A stretch of 63,648 bases of DNA, filler included, from Hyphochytrium catenoides (GCA_900088475.1; 7 parts of 7 records of this genome joined end to end with filler, not necessarily neighbours in it), one strand, 5' to 3'; positions 39,002-52,496 are shown, counted from the whole stretch's first letter. Notes: generated by a model not told the origin, from the sequence alone. Translations and numbers: made by a program.

Positions 39002-39619
39002 ATGGTCAAAGAAGGTTACCTTGTCAAGTATGAGACCGGCAAGGAGGGCACAATGGCTAACATTGTCTATGTGAAGTTCGAAGACGGCGTGCTACGTATC
39101 TTCAGCCATAAGAACGGCCGATGGACTGGTGAGTTCAGAGTCTCTGGCAAGTCTTCCAAAGTCGAGCTCCTACCGGACCAAGGAGACCGTCTTCCTCATA
39201 GATTTTGCGTCACGACCCACGACATTGTCGCACGGAACGATGCGCTGTACTATGGATCTGCCAACTACATTGAGTTCAGTGCTTCCAGCGCCTACCAGCA
39301 GCTCGAATGGGGCAACACCGTCCATCTTTGGAAGAGAAACTTCTGGAGAGAAAAGTCTGTCAAGATGTCTGGAGCCGAAGAGCCCACTGTGCCGCTCTCT
39401 GACGAGCAGGAGGAAGAGATGTTGAGGAAAGCCATTGAGAAGCGAGGACTAAAGTCAGACTCTCTCAAACCTGAGACCAGACTGAAGAGAAGATCTTCTT
39501 ATCGTCCGAGAGCTGTGACTTTTGCTCTGCCTCCTAACCCGATGGGGATGTCTCCTATCACTCTCCAGCAGCCTGCCAGCATTCTGACGACCACTAGCCA
39601 CACTCTAATGGTGGCATAA
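39002..39619 (+). CDS. PH-domain protein, single coding exon (205 aa)
   Basis: MVKEGYLVKYE..VYVKFEDGVLRIF..HRFCVT..IEFSASSAYQQLEWGNTV: the PH beta-1 KEGYL motif and a terminal helix with the conserved Trp. Confidence 0.8.
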   Translation: MVKEGYLVKYETGKEGTMANIVYVKFEDGVLRIFSHKNGRWTGEFRVSGKSSKVELLPDQGDRLPHRFCVTTHDIVARNDALYYGSANYIEFSASSAYQQLEWGNTVHLWKRNFWREKSVKMSGAEEPTVPLSDEQEEEMLRKAIEKRGLKSDSLKPETRLKRRSSYRPRAVTFALPPNPMGMSPITLQQPASILTTTSHTLMVA

Positions 39620-40477
39620 ACGAGCACGAGGCTCTCTCAGAGTCTCTCCTTTCTGTTTCGTGGTCTACGTGTCTTTGACGTGGGCTCGCCCTTTCAATTG
39701 TAAGGGCATAGAACTAGGAACTCCACCGCCCCGTCTGCAGTGGGGGTAAGAAGCAGAGAGATAGAAGGAGGAGAGAGAGGGCAATGCACCACGTCTGTTT
39801 CCCTAAGTATTTATTACCGTTTATTTAACGTACAAGCAAATGTTATTAGTATACACCGTTACATTCGCTGTGTTAGAGGCCAACCTCAAGAGTATGCCCT
39901 TTACTACTGTCACCTACTGGTAGAGCAAACCACCTCGCTGTCTTCTCTGTTACCTTTGCATGAGTGCGGGGAAGGTTGGGCCGCGATGTTGCTTGCCTTT
40001 GACATCTTATAGTCTATTTGGAACAGCGAGCGTTCTTGACATGAGAGAGGCTGCCTTGGGAAGTCTCTGTCCAACTCTCTCGGTCCTAGCCGTTCGTGGT
40101 CTGCTTGCACTTGCCCCTGCTTGGCAGGCTCCTTCTTTAAGTTGGACATAGAGTCCACGACCATTAAAAGGCCTGGAAGTGCTATCCTGTCAACCGTCAG
40201 ACCCTTACGTCGTTCTGTGCTTCTTGTACCCTCAGACAAATGAGCATGTACCGAGGAAGCCCAGCGCATGAACTCTGTAATGTCATCCTCCAAGAAACAG
40301 ACTATCCATTCACGTGAGTCTTGGTTCCTGTCAGAAAGCGTAGGGGAAGGGACTCCTACTATAATGTAACAGAGAGAGGAAGAGAGAGAGGGGCCACGGC
40401 GGGTTGCGAGGAAGACTAGAGAGAGAGAGACAAGAGGGTACTGTCTCTCCCGTCCCTAGTACGCCAGGATGCCCGTG

Positions 40478-43400
40478 TTACAGAGCAAGATAAGCGCCAT
40501 ATTTGACTTTCATGTACTTTTGGACAGCCTCCTCGATCCTTTTTTCACCATCTATCCAACCAGGGAAGGAGGAGAGAGCCTTTCTGCGCAGTAGTCTTAG
40601 CACTGCCACTACCTCCTCCAGCCTCTTTTTTTCCACCAATGAACAGCAAAAGTCCAAGAGAAGTCGAATCTGGCTGATGCTGGGCGACGCTGAAGCAGCG
40701 AGAAAGCGAAGAAGGCTTGCACGATAAACTGGCAAGTCGCCGTCGTCATACCCCCACATATGAGTGATCATGAATAGAGGAAGAAACGTTTGCGCACAGG
40801 CGTCAAAAAAGAAGGAGGCGAGAAGCTCTGTCAGGCTGGGGTCCATTCAATTCAGCTTGGAGATAAGAAAGAGACAAGTAGGACATGATCAGGAGCATGG
40901 TGGTGGCGCCGTTTTGCGTGGAAGGAAGGCGGTAGAGAAAAAAGAGGAAGAGAGGAGGCCCGGAGTATTGAAACAACGTGGACCAAAGGCGAATCAGCAG
41001 TTGTACGACGTCTCCGGCGTCTTGAACGAAGGCTCAACCTAACAAGTGAAGGGCAACTCTAAACGCTCACCACTAAACTCTTCGTCTTTAAAAAGTAACC
41101 CACGGGGTCGGGACTGTCCCTTAGACTCAATTGGCTTCCCCTGCGTGGAAGAAGGAAGGTAGAAGAAGGAAGGTACCATTGCGGCGGAGGGAATGGCACC
41201 AAGTTAGATCGATACGCAGATAAAACAATGACAGACGGCAAAACATTGCGGCATTGAGAGCCCTTACCAGAGGTGAAGTAGGCGGAGGGACAGAAGGGCG
41301 GGCCAGAGATGACTTCAGCTCCGCCTGTAAAGACGCTGGGAGCTCAGCTAGGACAGCTGGGTCGATCTGGCTGAAGGAGTTCAATTCACTAGCAACCACG
41401 AGGAAAGTTTAGAGCGTGTTTGGTATATAAGAGGTGCATAGCAAAATGGTCCTAAACATGAAGACCGAGTTGTATAGAGTACTTTGTTTATCGAACTGTT
41501 ATTCCACAAGGTAATACCAAGAGGACATGGACACAGACAGAGCTAAGGAGACAAGAGAGACAGAGAGAGGTCAGGAACACCTACCTGTGGGAAATAGCGT
41601 TTCTTGTGTCTGTTTGGTTCTTCGTGTCTTGCTGTTTATGCGCTTGGAGCGTACTGACGAGTTCTTCTCTGATGGTTGAGGGCAGCTCCTGCAGAACTGA
41701 AGGGTCGAGCTGAGAGAAGGTAGGGAGCTCATAAGGAGAGGGCCTAGACGTCAGCTGTTCCGCTCTGGTTTTCCCAACTTCGACATGCTCTTGCACCATC
41801 GGACGTTTCTTTTTTTGCGCCTTGTAGTTCTCTTCCACCCCTGAGGATGCAGAGTCTTCTTGATCCCCTGGCTGATGTGCACTCTCTGGACCCGGGCTCG
41901 GAGCCTTTGCCATCCAGGCAAGAAGATTTGCATGCCTGGCTTCTGCAGGAATCAAAGAAAGTGGAGAATAAAGGCAGCGAGGATTAGGATCGAGAGTAAG
42001 CATCTAACAGAAGTATGGCACCTCAAACCCTACCTGCTTTACCGTCCCCTGTCCTCGGCACCAGCCTCGTCATCTACGAATAGGTGATAGAGAGTAAGAT
42101 CTTAGTCCCGATCAGGAGGTTGGAGATCTAATGCACCCAAATAGCAACTGTGGTGAGGGCATTACCTGGACTCCTCCACCTCGGACGTCTTCAGGAAGTA
42201 TTCCCAACTCATCACAGAGTTTCTTGGCATGACGGCCGATAATCTCTGCCGAGTCTAAACGATAAGAGGGCGGGAGGGCAACGCTTAACTATCATGAATT
42301 TTCAATAGGCAGACCAGCCCGCTGAGAGGAGGCTAGCCACAATAAACCTAAAGCGGCAGGCGATCATGGGTCTTTTTCACCTCAAGCTACGTAGAGGTTA
42401 CATGTGACCTGCTTGACCCACCTGTCGCCTCGTTGAGAGTCACCGCCCTGCTGAGATTATCGCAGTCTCCACAGCCCAAGAACTTGACGGGCTCCACTGG
42501 CTCTTTCCGCCTCTTCATCTTTAGCGTAATGGTACGACCAACCAGGTTGCATTCACGAAGTCGATTGGACACCTAATAAGGAAGACAACCGATGAAAACA
42601 CATTTAGCGGGCCCACGGGTGGCTTTGGCGGAAGGCCGAATAGCTAGGAAGTAGCAAGGAAGCCTCCCGAAGGCTGGAAATAGAAGACATCGTCAACAGG
42701 ATAGCCGTCGCTCACCTCGACTGCTATCTTCTCGACAAAGTTCAGGACTTCCTCCTTTTCCGTGAATCTCACGCCCCAGTTCACCTCGGCACCCAATGAC
42801 TTCCGGACTACAGGGAGTGAAAGCGGCCGACGGTCGATCCCGCGGCAGTAGTCATGCAGCATCTGTCCTGCTCACATGGAGGCAGAAGGGTAGAGAGGTT
42901 GGAGGACACACTGATTAAACGCTAGAAGCTCAAGGAGAACCAAAGCGAGTTCACTAAATGATTCCTGGTAACATACAATGTGTTTGCACAAAAGCACTTA
43001 ACTAAACTGGATCTCTCTATCTTGCCTTACATCAGTCTCAGCCACCCTGTCTCACACCATGCACCCACGTCTATCTTTAGAATCTTCCACGCCCATGGCC
43101 TACCTGTCTTCGTGCCTACCCAGCTCTGGAGCTCGCGGAGCGGAATCGTCCTTAGCAACGCGATGGTGGTTATTCCTAAGAGGAAGAGGCGGTTGGCGAA
43201 AAGGAATTTATTCCAGGACGGATAGGCGGAGTCAAGAGAGCTAGAACAGACCACTAGCGCACCTAGGTTGAGCTGAATATACGACAGAAGAGGAGAGCTT
43301 ATAAACGAAGAGCGATTGTGCCAATTAGTTGAGAGCAAGAGCTAGAGAGTCTGGGAACTGGTAGACATACGAGCTGGTACTTTAAAGGTGCCCCCAGGTA

Positions 43401-46400
43401 TGCCCTCAGCTCGTACCTCTCTCAGTTAACTTCCTCTCCAAGGACCAACCCACGCCGGGAAGTTCCGAAGGTGAGAGAGGAGCCAGGTAGGCCGCAGCTT
43501 CCTCAGGACGAAGGTAAAATTGACCGTTAGGCTTGGCGCGTTTTGTGGCCAATCTGTGAGGCAAGATTTGTTATGGTAAGAGCTAGGTTGAGAGATGTAT
43601 CCGTGTAATGGCGTCCGCTTATCGTTCAGATGATGGGCCGTCTGCCTGTTCCTTGTTTCTCTGCCTACCTGGCGAGCAGCATGTTTTTCGAGATTCCTGC
43701 GCTGGCTGTACACCGTGTCTCTTTGTATATCTCACTTCGAATCTGGTCCACTACCTCTTCCGCATCCTCTCTCCCGTCCAATTCCAGGAACGCTTCGTCG
43801 CAGCTAGAGGTGATAGGTTAGGAGGCGAAGAAAGAAAAGCGCGCTCTCAAGACGCAGCGTAAGACAGATGCTCGGAATATATTAGTCGGAGACACGGCTA
43901 GTAGAGACAGAGAATTGAGCAGCATTGCCGGCCATTTTAGACGCCTCCAAGAACAAAGGTAAGCCCGTCGTGAAAAGGCAAGCAAGCGTCCTGTACGTTC
44001 GCGTAGCCAAATGACCACTCAAGGCGGCAAGGCTAAAATAAAGACAAGATGCAGGGAGCTGAAGGTAACAGAGTAGCCAGAAGTACCTTACGGCCTGGAC
44101 CTTTCTGGCATGTCTCATAAAGATCTGATAGATCTTGTCTGATACCTAGAGCCGGTAGCCCGGTCGTTACTAGGTATAAACGTAGAATCATCAAGCAGAG
44201 TTAACTTGAGCACTAACCTCACTGAACTTTTCGAAGTCATACGGAAGGACCACCAAATCTGGACATCGCCGTTTCGCCTGTGAGCAGATGATAGGGATGT
44301 CGTAAGATAAGCTAGAGGCAGAAGCGTCGGTCCCCATCTTATACTGCAGCAGGACTCTTCCTCAGCTCATTCCCTATTCCCCTCTCCACCTCATGTCCTT
44401 CCAACCCTCCTTAGTATCTGCTCTTCTACAGCCATGTCCTTCCCTGCTTACCTCAGCCATGAACATGGAGGCGTGGACCCCAAACTCTCTGGCGACGTAA
44501 TTGCATGATGAGATTTCAGAGGTGCCTCCAACTGCACTGCTGGAAGAATGAGCAATTGCCACTGGCTTATCCTAGGACGAGAAGGGACATTGCGGGATGG
44601 ACATTGAGTTAGCGTGGAAATGTTCAAAATTATCAACGAGTCGGTCTGAAAATGGGGAGATTAGGAAAGGAGAGGAGACCAAGAGAGAATGGCAATAACC
44701 GTTGCCCGGATCTACAAAGTGAGCCATCCTCATTGACGAAGCAAAAGTCACAACTCGTTCACAAGACCAGCACAGAATCAACAAGGCTCATTTGGGGCAA
44801 CCCTTTCTCACTCATACCTGCAGCTCGGGTTTATCTCTCGTGAGCACCGAAGCAAAGAAGCAATCCATATCGACATGAACGATAGTGCAGGAGGATGATA
44901 GAGAGGACGATGAGGTAGGAGGTCCTCGACTGCTCCCTGCCGTAATATCTGCAGGGTTCGGGTTAGCAACAATGACCGCCCCATCCTCACAAAGAGCCTC
45001 ACAGGAGAGAGACCTAGATGATGAGAAGAATCTTGGCCCCACAGAAGAGAATGAAGGCGCATGAGATGTATTGATACCTAAATCACCCTGTGCTTCCTTG
45101 ACTACATTTTGATAATGCATTTTCCAAGATCCAATATGATGAAGGCGAGATTTCTTGAAGAAATGCTCCACGAAGTTAGGGTCCGTCTTTGTACTTTGAA
45201 CTCCCCCGTAACGCGACGGAGAAGGAGGACGAGACGTTGAGGTGATAGGAGACAGTCCTTCTCTCTCTTCTGGCATTGTCAAAGCCCTTGAAGCCGACAC
45301 GCGAGGTGGTGTTCTCAGATGGACTGGAGCCGCTTCCGGCTCAAAGTCCATTCTCGCAATTTCTGTTTCCGACTCTGTTGCTCGAGTCACTGTGGGGCTC
45401 AAAGGAGATGCCGGTTTGGCTTTCGTAAAGCCAGCGCTATGTACGTAAGGTACTGATAGGCCCACCGGAGGGGAAGAGATAGAAGAAGTCGGTGGAAGTT
45501 GCGATGGAGAAGAGGGCGAAGGGGAGACTCTAGCGCCGCCAGCTGACCTTCTTTCAGGGGTGTCACTCTTCGGCACCAGTGTCTCACCACCAGATTCATT
45601 TTCCTCTTCGTCTGTTCGGACTTTTTCTTCAGGCACTTTTTGTCCCTCCTGTAGCGCAGGACGCAGGCTATCTTCTCCCTCGTTGCCTTGTGCACTAGCC
45701 TCCTTATCATCGCTCTTCTTAGTCAGAAACTGTGCGAAGGAAGTCTGGCCTCTGTCTCGCATCCCTTTAACTAGGTAGTTCTGATAAGCCTGAACCTTCC
45801 TTCTTGCGATCGAGTCTGTGATCCAATCTGGATGCACAACAGGCAGAGGCTTCCTCGCCTTCCTGTGGAAGGGAACAAGGAAGTAAGTTTGCAGCTCAGT
45901 GATTAAAAGCATGTCTGAGGGCAAAAGTAAATCAGGCCCGGACCTCATCTCTCGTATCTTCCCGTCTGGTAGGTTGGTTGCTATCATGTGGGTGACCCTC
46001 GGGGTCTGATAGTGCTCGAACTGACCGCCGTAGCGGCAGATAAGGCGCTTTAGATGCTCTAGTGGAGGATCATTGTACCCTAGGACCCAGCAAAACACAT
46101 AAGAAACAACGAGAAAGAGGATCAGAACGGAGACAATAAGCAGCTCCACGGGGCAAGCATGCGATGTTTATGAATGAGACTAATAACAGAAAGCGACAAG
46201 GGGAAATGGAGTTAGGGATAAAGCAGACAACTGCAATGACTTAACTAACAAACAAGACGAGTGCAAGGCCTTGAATGAAAGGCAATAGAGAGACTTCGTA
46301 TCATACCATTGACATAGATACAGACACCAGCAAACAATGACGTCAAACTATCGTCAACGTCCCTCATCTCGGGGATAATGTCGGCGTCGGACGTTGACTG

Positions 46401-46902
46401 CATCCGAAGCTTCTCTATCTTATGATCCATATACACCTGAATAGATAGAAGGAGAGCGAAGAAAGGTAAGAGTGACAGAATGTGACGACGAAGTGTTAGC
46501 GACAGCGGAAGTTAGTAGAGCGGTAGTAGCCCTTGTATGGCCTGATACTCAATGTGGTAGGGAGATATAGGCAATGGCAGCCAGACATTTGAGGATGCGG
46601 GGGATAAGAGTGAGGTGCTTGCGTCAAGGCACCGCAGGGATGAGGCAGTACTAGGGCACAAGGGGGTTGTCATCAATTGAAGAGCGCTGAGGAAGGCAGT
46701 GCGCAAAGAGTTTAGGTCAGGTTGGTCCACTCACTCTAAAGCTTCCCCCATGGTGATGCCCTAATTCTGGCGACTTCTGTTTCTTCAAGGGCCTAGAGCT
46801 GTCGGCAGATGGGGGAGCCTTCCGAGACATGGAGCCAGTATTCCACATCAGTTGCCCCTCCCCCTTCTGTTGCTTGCCGTTATCCTCTGAGAACTGCTTC
46901 AT
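40478..46902 (-). CDS. REV1: DNA repair protein REV1 (Y-family deoxycytidyl transferase), many exons
   Basis: YMDHKIEKL; BRCT (FAGVCIYVNG..THMIATNL..VVHPDWITDSI); SRLHHIGSWK; HVDMDCFFASV; ISSCNYVAREFGV; PYDFEKF; SCDEAF; RKSLGAEVNWGVRF; KFLGCGDCDNLSR; two UBMs (FSQLDPSVLQELP, FSQIDPAVLAELP); C-terminal helical domain. Confidence 0.96.
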
Positions 46903-47792
46903 CGCTATATGATGGGCTCTAAACTAGCTGTCAGTGTGTAACTACAACCCGTTCGTGACTGTGAAGAGGTCTGTTAGTCTCATCGCTCTATTCCTCTCTT
47001 TGTCGAGCTGTTGGGCGTCTTGGCCACGGCCACATTAGTGACAGTGAAGGCTTCACGTCAGCTCCACCTATACTGGAGTATGGCTTCCAGCCGGACCACA
47101 GGGAGAAATCAACTCTTATGCCCCGATGTCCATTCAGGGCAGTCCTGCTTAGACCTTGAGAGGCATCATTCTCCTTCTTGCGCTGCTCTGACAAGATCTG
47201 CAGAGTTTAAGGACAGACATTGAAGCTTCAGAAATCGTTTTTCTAAATCTCTGGAAGTCTTTTGCGTTGACCTTTCCCCAGAGCCCTCATCGCATTTGGG
47301 TTCTGAAGAGCCGCTAACGACTGGTAAATATCAGCTAGTACAGTTACTGTTTCGTATTTGGTCTAGTTAATCACTTGTATGGTAAGTTCACAGATTTTGT
47401 CCGTAGTGATCTCCTGTAATCTGAAGCTTGGAAGGGCAATAAAATTCTATAAGAACGTCTGGTACATTGATCTTTCTGATCTCTGAAGATGAACTGAGGA
47501 ATCGGGAACGAGTGCGAGGGTTTTATGGAGCTTCTGTGAAGCGTCAGATGTCAGGAGACAACCCTCCTTTGGAAGTGTCCCTTTCTATAAGACATAGTGC
47601 CTTTGTTAACTTCACTTGCAGAGCCAAGGCGTGAGCAAAACGCCGTCTCTTGAGTTCTGGACGTTCCTAACGGTCGTCTTGAGGTGGGACCCCACTGCCA
47701 GATTCAAGTGGAACCTTGTGGAGCGGATCCCCAGGTTGCGCAGTTGATGGGAGGGGTCCGGGTGGAGAAATGGCGTCGGGACTAGTAGAAGG

Positions 47793-48441
47793 ATGAACAG
47801 ATGGACCCAAAGAGGATGGGATCAGGGTACCTGCAACTCTCAGGGTACGTCGATTGATCATCCTCTGTCGAACTCCGTCAAGACTTACAGCGGTTATTGC
47901 GCTACAGCCATCCCATATGAAGGGAAACCTTGTGTTGATGGCAGTCCAGCTGCCCTGTCTTGTCATACGAGCTTGACGGAAGAAGGCAAAAGCCTTGCGT
48001 CAGGAGACATGGACTTAGAAGATTATGGTAGGCGTACTCCTACGATGGAGCTAAGATACATGTTGGAGCACAAATGCACGTTGAAGAGAAAGCTTGAAGG
48101 TAATATAAAGGCAGGAGCGGCAGGAGCAACTGAACGGCCCCATGTTTAGTCTGGGCCACTGATCAACTTGTCGTCACTCATCTATGGCGCTCACCTCAAT
48201 GCAAGCTGCCCAACTGCACAGTATGCGTCCATTTCCTACATTAGGGCGATCATCCAATAGTCTCATGCTGTCCTTTCCTCCTTCTTGCATTCTATCTTGG
48301 TTTCCTAGGAATGCTGTCCGCCAACCAAGACCCGAAGAGGATTCGTAACGAGGGCTCAGCTCTGGATGAGGGAGATGAGGCGATGGAGGAGGCTAACGAG
48401 ATATGGGAAGCTGCGCAAGCTCACGCTAGAGCTCAGGAGCG
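47793..48441 (+). CDS. Hypothetical protein exons divergent from REV1 (may be the 5' part of the gene at 49426-50848)
   Basis: Open exon ...HKCTLKRKLE|G joins in phase to the CTAG-flanked exon MLSANQDPKRIRNEG...EIWEAAQAHARAQER|GTAAG. No recognised domain. Confidence 0.4.
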
Positions 48442-49425
48442 GTAAGGAACCTTCTTTGTTTTTGAGGCTCCTTTGCAATCATCTTGAGCAACTTATATCG
48501 GCTTACATTGATTGATGGCTGCTATTCATTCTTCCATTCTCCTCCTTCCACAAAGTGGACAGATAGTCCTTGTTTCACCCTTAGAAAGCGGCATGTTTTC
48601 CTAATCTTTGCCTTCTCTTTGACATACAACCTCTTCTAGAAGTGGTACATCATTCGGGACTCATTCTTTATACGCCGTTGGATTCACCTCTTCGAGCAGG
48701 CAGAGTCAGAGCAAGCCTGCTTCCTTGTTCTATAGACCATGGGAAGCATATCCTGCAGCTTACGCACGCTAGGGTGTTCGCTCTTGGTAGCAAGATCTCG
48801 TTCGTTGGGGCTGTATCACATCACCTCCATCTAAAGTTGTTGAGGTGTTGTTGAAGAAGACAAAGACGCGCTATCAAGAGACGGACCAGCCCACTACCTC
48901 TTCCTCCGCTTGTCTCTCGACATGTCGCACTTCAGACCATATCTTATCCCGTCTCTTCAGCGTACTTGTGGGGAGAGCAAGGCTGAACGGGTGCCCTTCG
49001 AAAGCGCTCTTATCATGGACTTTCTTATAATTTTGTACTGTCACTGCGACTTTATGGCACGCCGCAGGTGATACGAAGCTCTAGGGCGCTCAAGGCGCAG
49101 CCCATCTATGTTCAACATCAATGAGCTATGAAGACCTCTCTCCCTTAATCACGTAGATTGTGCTCGTGAATCACGATGGCTGGGTGACCGGATTGCGACA
49201 GTCCCTGTGCGCCTCTCACGGCGGAGGGCGCTCTTTCTTTTCTTTTGCACCTAAACAACAGCAGAGCCAAGCAGGTTGAACGGCCATTGCCATGGACCGA
49301 AGCATCTGCTGCTCAGTTAGTCTCAGTAAGGATTGTTTAGCTAGGAGACCTACTAAATGAACTGTACAGTAGTTCTTCTCTCTACCCCGTGTCCCATATC
49401 TCTCTCTGCTTCTCCTTGAACGCAG

Positions 49426-50483
49426 CTCTGTCGTTGCCTGCTTTACAGTCTGTCTGCCAAGCTTCAGCTCCGTCAACAGCTGGAGAAGGAAGAGAATCTT
49501 GGACAAAAGATGCTTCAGAAATCCTTGTCATCGGAGGGGTAGCCTCACTTCCTCTAGGGCTAGAGTTTCTCTTGAATCGACCTCTTCCCTATGTAACAAC
49601 TACTTTACGTTTTGGTGAGTAACCCCGCAACACACGCACCGGAGGGGTTGCCCCGGAGACTGTTACCCTTCCACAATCTTTCTTGTTGAGCGATGATGAT
49701 TCTGACACCTGAAGGGAAGGTTCCTCCCTAGAAGAGGCAGAAATCTAAGAGGTCAATCAGAAGAGCCACAGAGAGAGAGAGAGAAGAGAGAGAAAGAGAG
49801 AGAAAGAGAGAGAAAGAGAAAGAGAGATGAAGTAGAGAGAGTAGGCGGTGGGGCGAGAGAGAGACTGGCAGGCGGCAGAGGCTGGGACTGATAAAGGCTT
49901 GCAAGAGGATAACGATGGCGAGGGAAAGTGAAGGGAAGAAGTAGATCACCGTATGGAGCGTTCAGAGACGGAACCACCTCGTGAGGAGCTGCAAAATCGG
50001 TCCCTCTTCTGCTGACACACCTCTTCAGTGGTCGCCTCAGCCTCAGCCTCACTGGTTGGTCCCTCTGATCCCGTAGTGCTAACCTGCCGCCACGGTCCTA
50101 AGCACTCTCTGCTTACACTCTGGCGCGACAGCATGTGCCTCAACTCATAAGAGAGCAAGATGAACGGGGAGGCGGTGACGGGCATGGTCACTTCTAGTAG
50201 CAAGGATAAAGGAAAGAACGAATACCTCACTCTTTTCCTGCCAGCTCGTAGATGGCTGGGGCTTCTAGCAGGACCTCATGCTTCTCAAAGACACCTCGAG
50301 GTCGCAATGCAGGTATTGCTCTTTCTTTGACTCTCTGTTGAATGCTGTTCCTATCGTTGCAGCTGATCTCCTTCTCACCTCTCTCTTCCGATCTCTGTCC
50401 TTTGACTCTCTGTTGAATGCTGTTCCTATCGTTGCAGCTGATCTCCTTCTCACCTCTCTCTTTCGATCTCTGTCCTTCGCCCT

Positions 50484-50541
<58 letters not shown>

Positions 50542-50848
50542 CTCTCTCTCCTCTCTGTCCATTTCCGTCGTTCCTTCAACTCTAAATAGATGACAGGAGG
50601 CAGAGTTCGCTGGGCCTTTGACTTCTACATCCGAAGCCTCGTCTACATCGGTCAGCCTGACGGCTACCGCCCTCCCCAGAGAAAGAGACAACGAGAGCTC
50701 ATTATCCCGGTTAAGGGCATATCGAAAGGTATCGAGCATGTCGATGGCGACGAAGATAGATTGAGAGGAGAAGTCCCATCAGAAAGGATGTTCTCCTTTA
50801 TCAGTCGTCTGATCAAAGGTCAAAAGGGAGGCGGAAGCATAAGAACAG
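49426..50848 (+). CDS. Hypothetical protein, three in-phase internal exons (49426-49614, 50245-50312, 50590-50848)
   Basis: Splicing gives ..PLPYVTTTLRF|ARRWLGLLAGPHASQRHLEVAMQ|MTGGRVRWAFDFYIRSLVYIG.. with canonical GT-AG sites and a (CT)n-rich second intron. Confidence 0.5.
50325..50476. repeat. Near-perfect 75-bp tandem duplication (intronic)
   Basis: CTTTGACTCTCTGTTGAATGCTGTTCCTATCGTTGCAGCTGATC... starts at both 50325 and 50400, with one mismatch seen. Confidence 0.95.
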
Positions 50849-51634
50849 GTGCGTTCAAGACTACGTTCTGCTTTCCTCTGCTTTGCCGTTGTACCTCATG
50901 GCCTTGTGCTCCGATAGAGGGTCTCCTCTCGTCCGGAATAAAGCCCTTCTCTTGAACGCACGTGCCATGTAAAGGCTAGAGCTCTATTGCCGCTGTGCTA
51001 TATCCGCTAGAGACAATGTAGCGCCCATTCCCATCCATACCTCTTCTATTGGCCTATGATAATGTAGCTTCCCCTGTTCTGTCTAGTCTCTGAGGTCCAC
51101 TGACCACATATATTAACCTCTTTGGTTCGTCATTCTGTAGCATCAGAGCACGGTCTCTGTCCGAGTGATTCAAAGACGCTTATGCAGCTGCCGGAGGTCT
51201 CTTTGCTGCATATTGTGCACTTCCTAGGCATCAAAGACGTATGATACGAACTCTTCTCTCTCTCTGTTCCGCTTTTCATTTGTGGCCCGGCAGGTCTTCA
51301 CCGGCTATTATACCTCTTACTGACGTCTAAACTGCCTTCTTCGCCTGACGCGGCGGCAAAGAGCGAGCGTGGCTGTGAATATTGGCACCTCTATCTTTTG
51401 CCGCCCAATATATCTGTCTAGAAGTTAATCGGCTTCATCTGCTCTGACCTTTACTTGCCTTTTGCCTTTACCTTCCTCCTGCTTACCTTTGTTGCCCAGG
51501 TATTCACCTTTATTACTATCTGCTCGCAAAGTCTTCATCTTGTCACTCTGCCGGCACAGAGCAGCCACTTCTGGGCCAGCATCTTTCTTCATCCTGTAGC
51601 TTCATACCATACCCAAAGTGCCTTTTTCCTTGCT

Positions 51635-52496
51635 ATGGAAGGGGAGCCTGTACGAGGTGTGCGTAGGCCAGGAAGGGGACAGGGAAGGGCGGAGATCCTA
51701 CAGCCTTGTGGGGATCCGACCTGTTGGATTGCACATATCCATCAAAAGCTCAAGTCCGCCTCCCGAATTGTGGGCGTGATCATGCATGATGGCTCGGAAG
51801 CTATCGTCATTGATCTGTGCTCTATCCCTCTCTTGTCTCTCTTTCCGGCCCAACTACCGCAACCTGAGTCTCTTTCCGCCCTCCGGTCCCTAGTACTTCC
51901 CCTCATCCCCTGGAAAGATCCCATCGATGATCGGGCCCAAGTGTTAAGAGAGCTGAGAGAGAAGGAAAGAGGGAGAAGATGTCTTGGCTGTGGCCAGAGT
52001 CCTGTCCTCCCAGTGGTCTACGGCATGCTGACGGAGGCATTGAGATCTGGGTACCAAAGGAGGCAGATCTTATTAGGTAGATGTACCTAATTGCTTCATC
52101 TCTCTCTCTCTCTCTCTCTCTCTTTGTTACACCATAATGTGTCCTCGTATCTCTGAAGAAGTCGCCTGCGAACTCTTAGGCTCTGCTAATTATAAGAGTC
52201 CCTGTATGTGGCCGCCACTGATCCAAGAGTCTCTGCTGTGTATGTTCAAAGTGTTGCCCTTTGCAGATTCATATAACTTTGACTAACTCTAGTGTTGCTT
52301 AGGTGGTGATCAAATCATAGATGGCTCTCCGCTGTGGAGCTGTGCGGCCGCACACGATTGTGGAGCACGTTATCTTTGCTACCCGTGGGCCCTGACCTCA
52401 TCCCGAGCGTTCACTCAGTTGAGTGAGCGTGTACCTTGGGCACAACTGGTATACGGAAAATTGCTTGTTTACCTAGACAGATACGGTGATGTCTAG
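51635..52496 (+). CDS. Small hypothetical protein with a Zn-ribbon-like module, 2 exons (51635-52076, 52303-52496)
   Basis: CLGCGQSPVLPVVYGMLTEALRSGYQRRQILLG|GDQIIDGSPLWSCAAAHDCG. The intron has a GACTAAC branch site at 52281. Confidence 0.7.

Noticed and set aside
39910-40293. 127-aa minus-strand ORF downstream of REV1
   Set aside because: No recognisable domain, no ATG start and no convincing flanking exons.
49686-49706. GAGCG-ATGATGA-TTCTGA resembling U3 or box C/D snoRNA boxes
   Set aside because: Boxes C and D are adjacent with no guide region, and no U3 5' domain is found.
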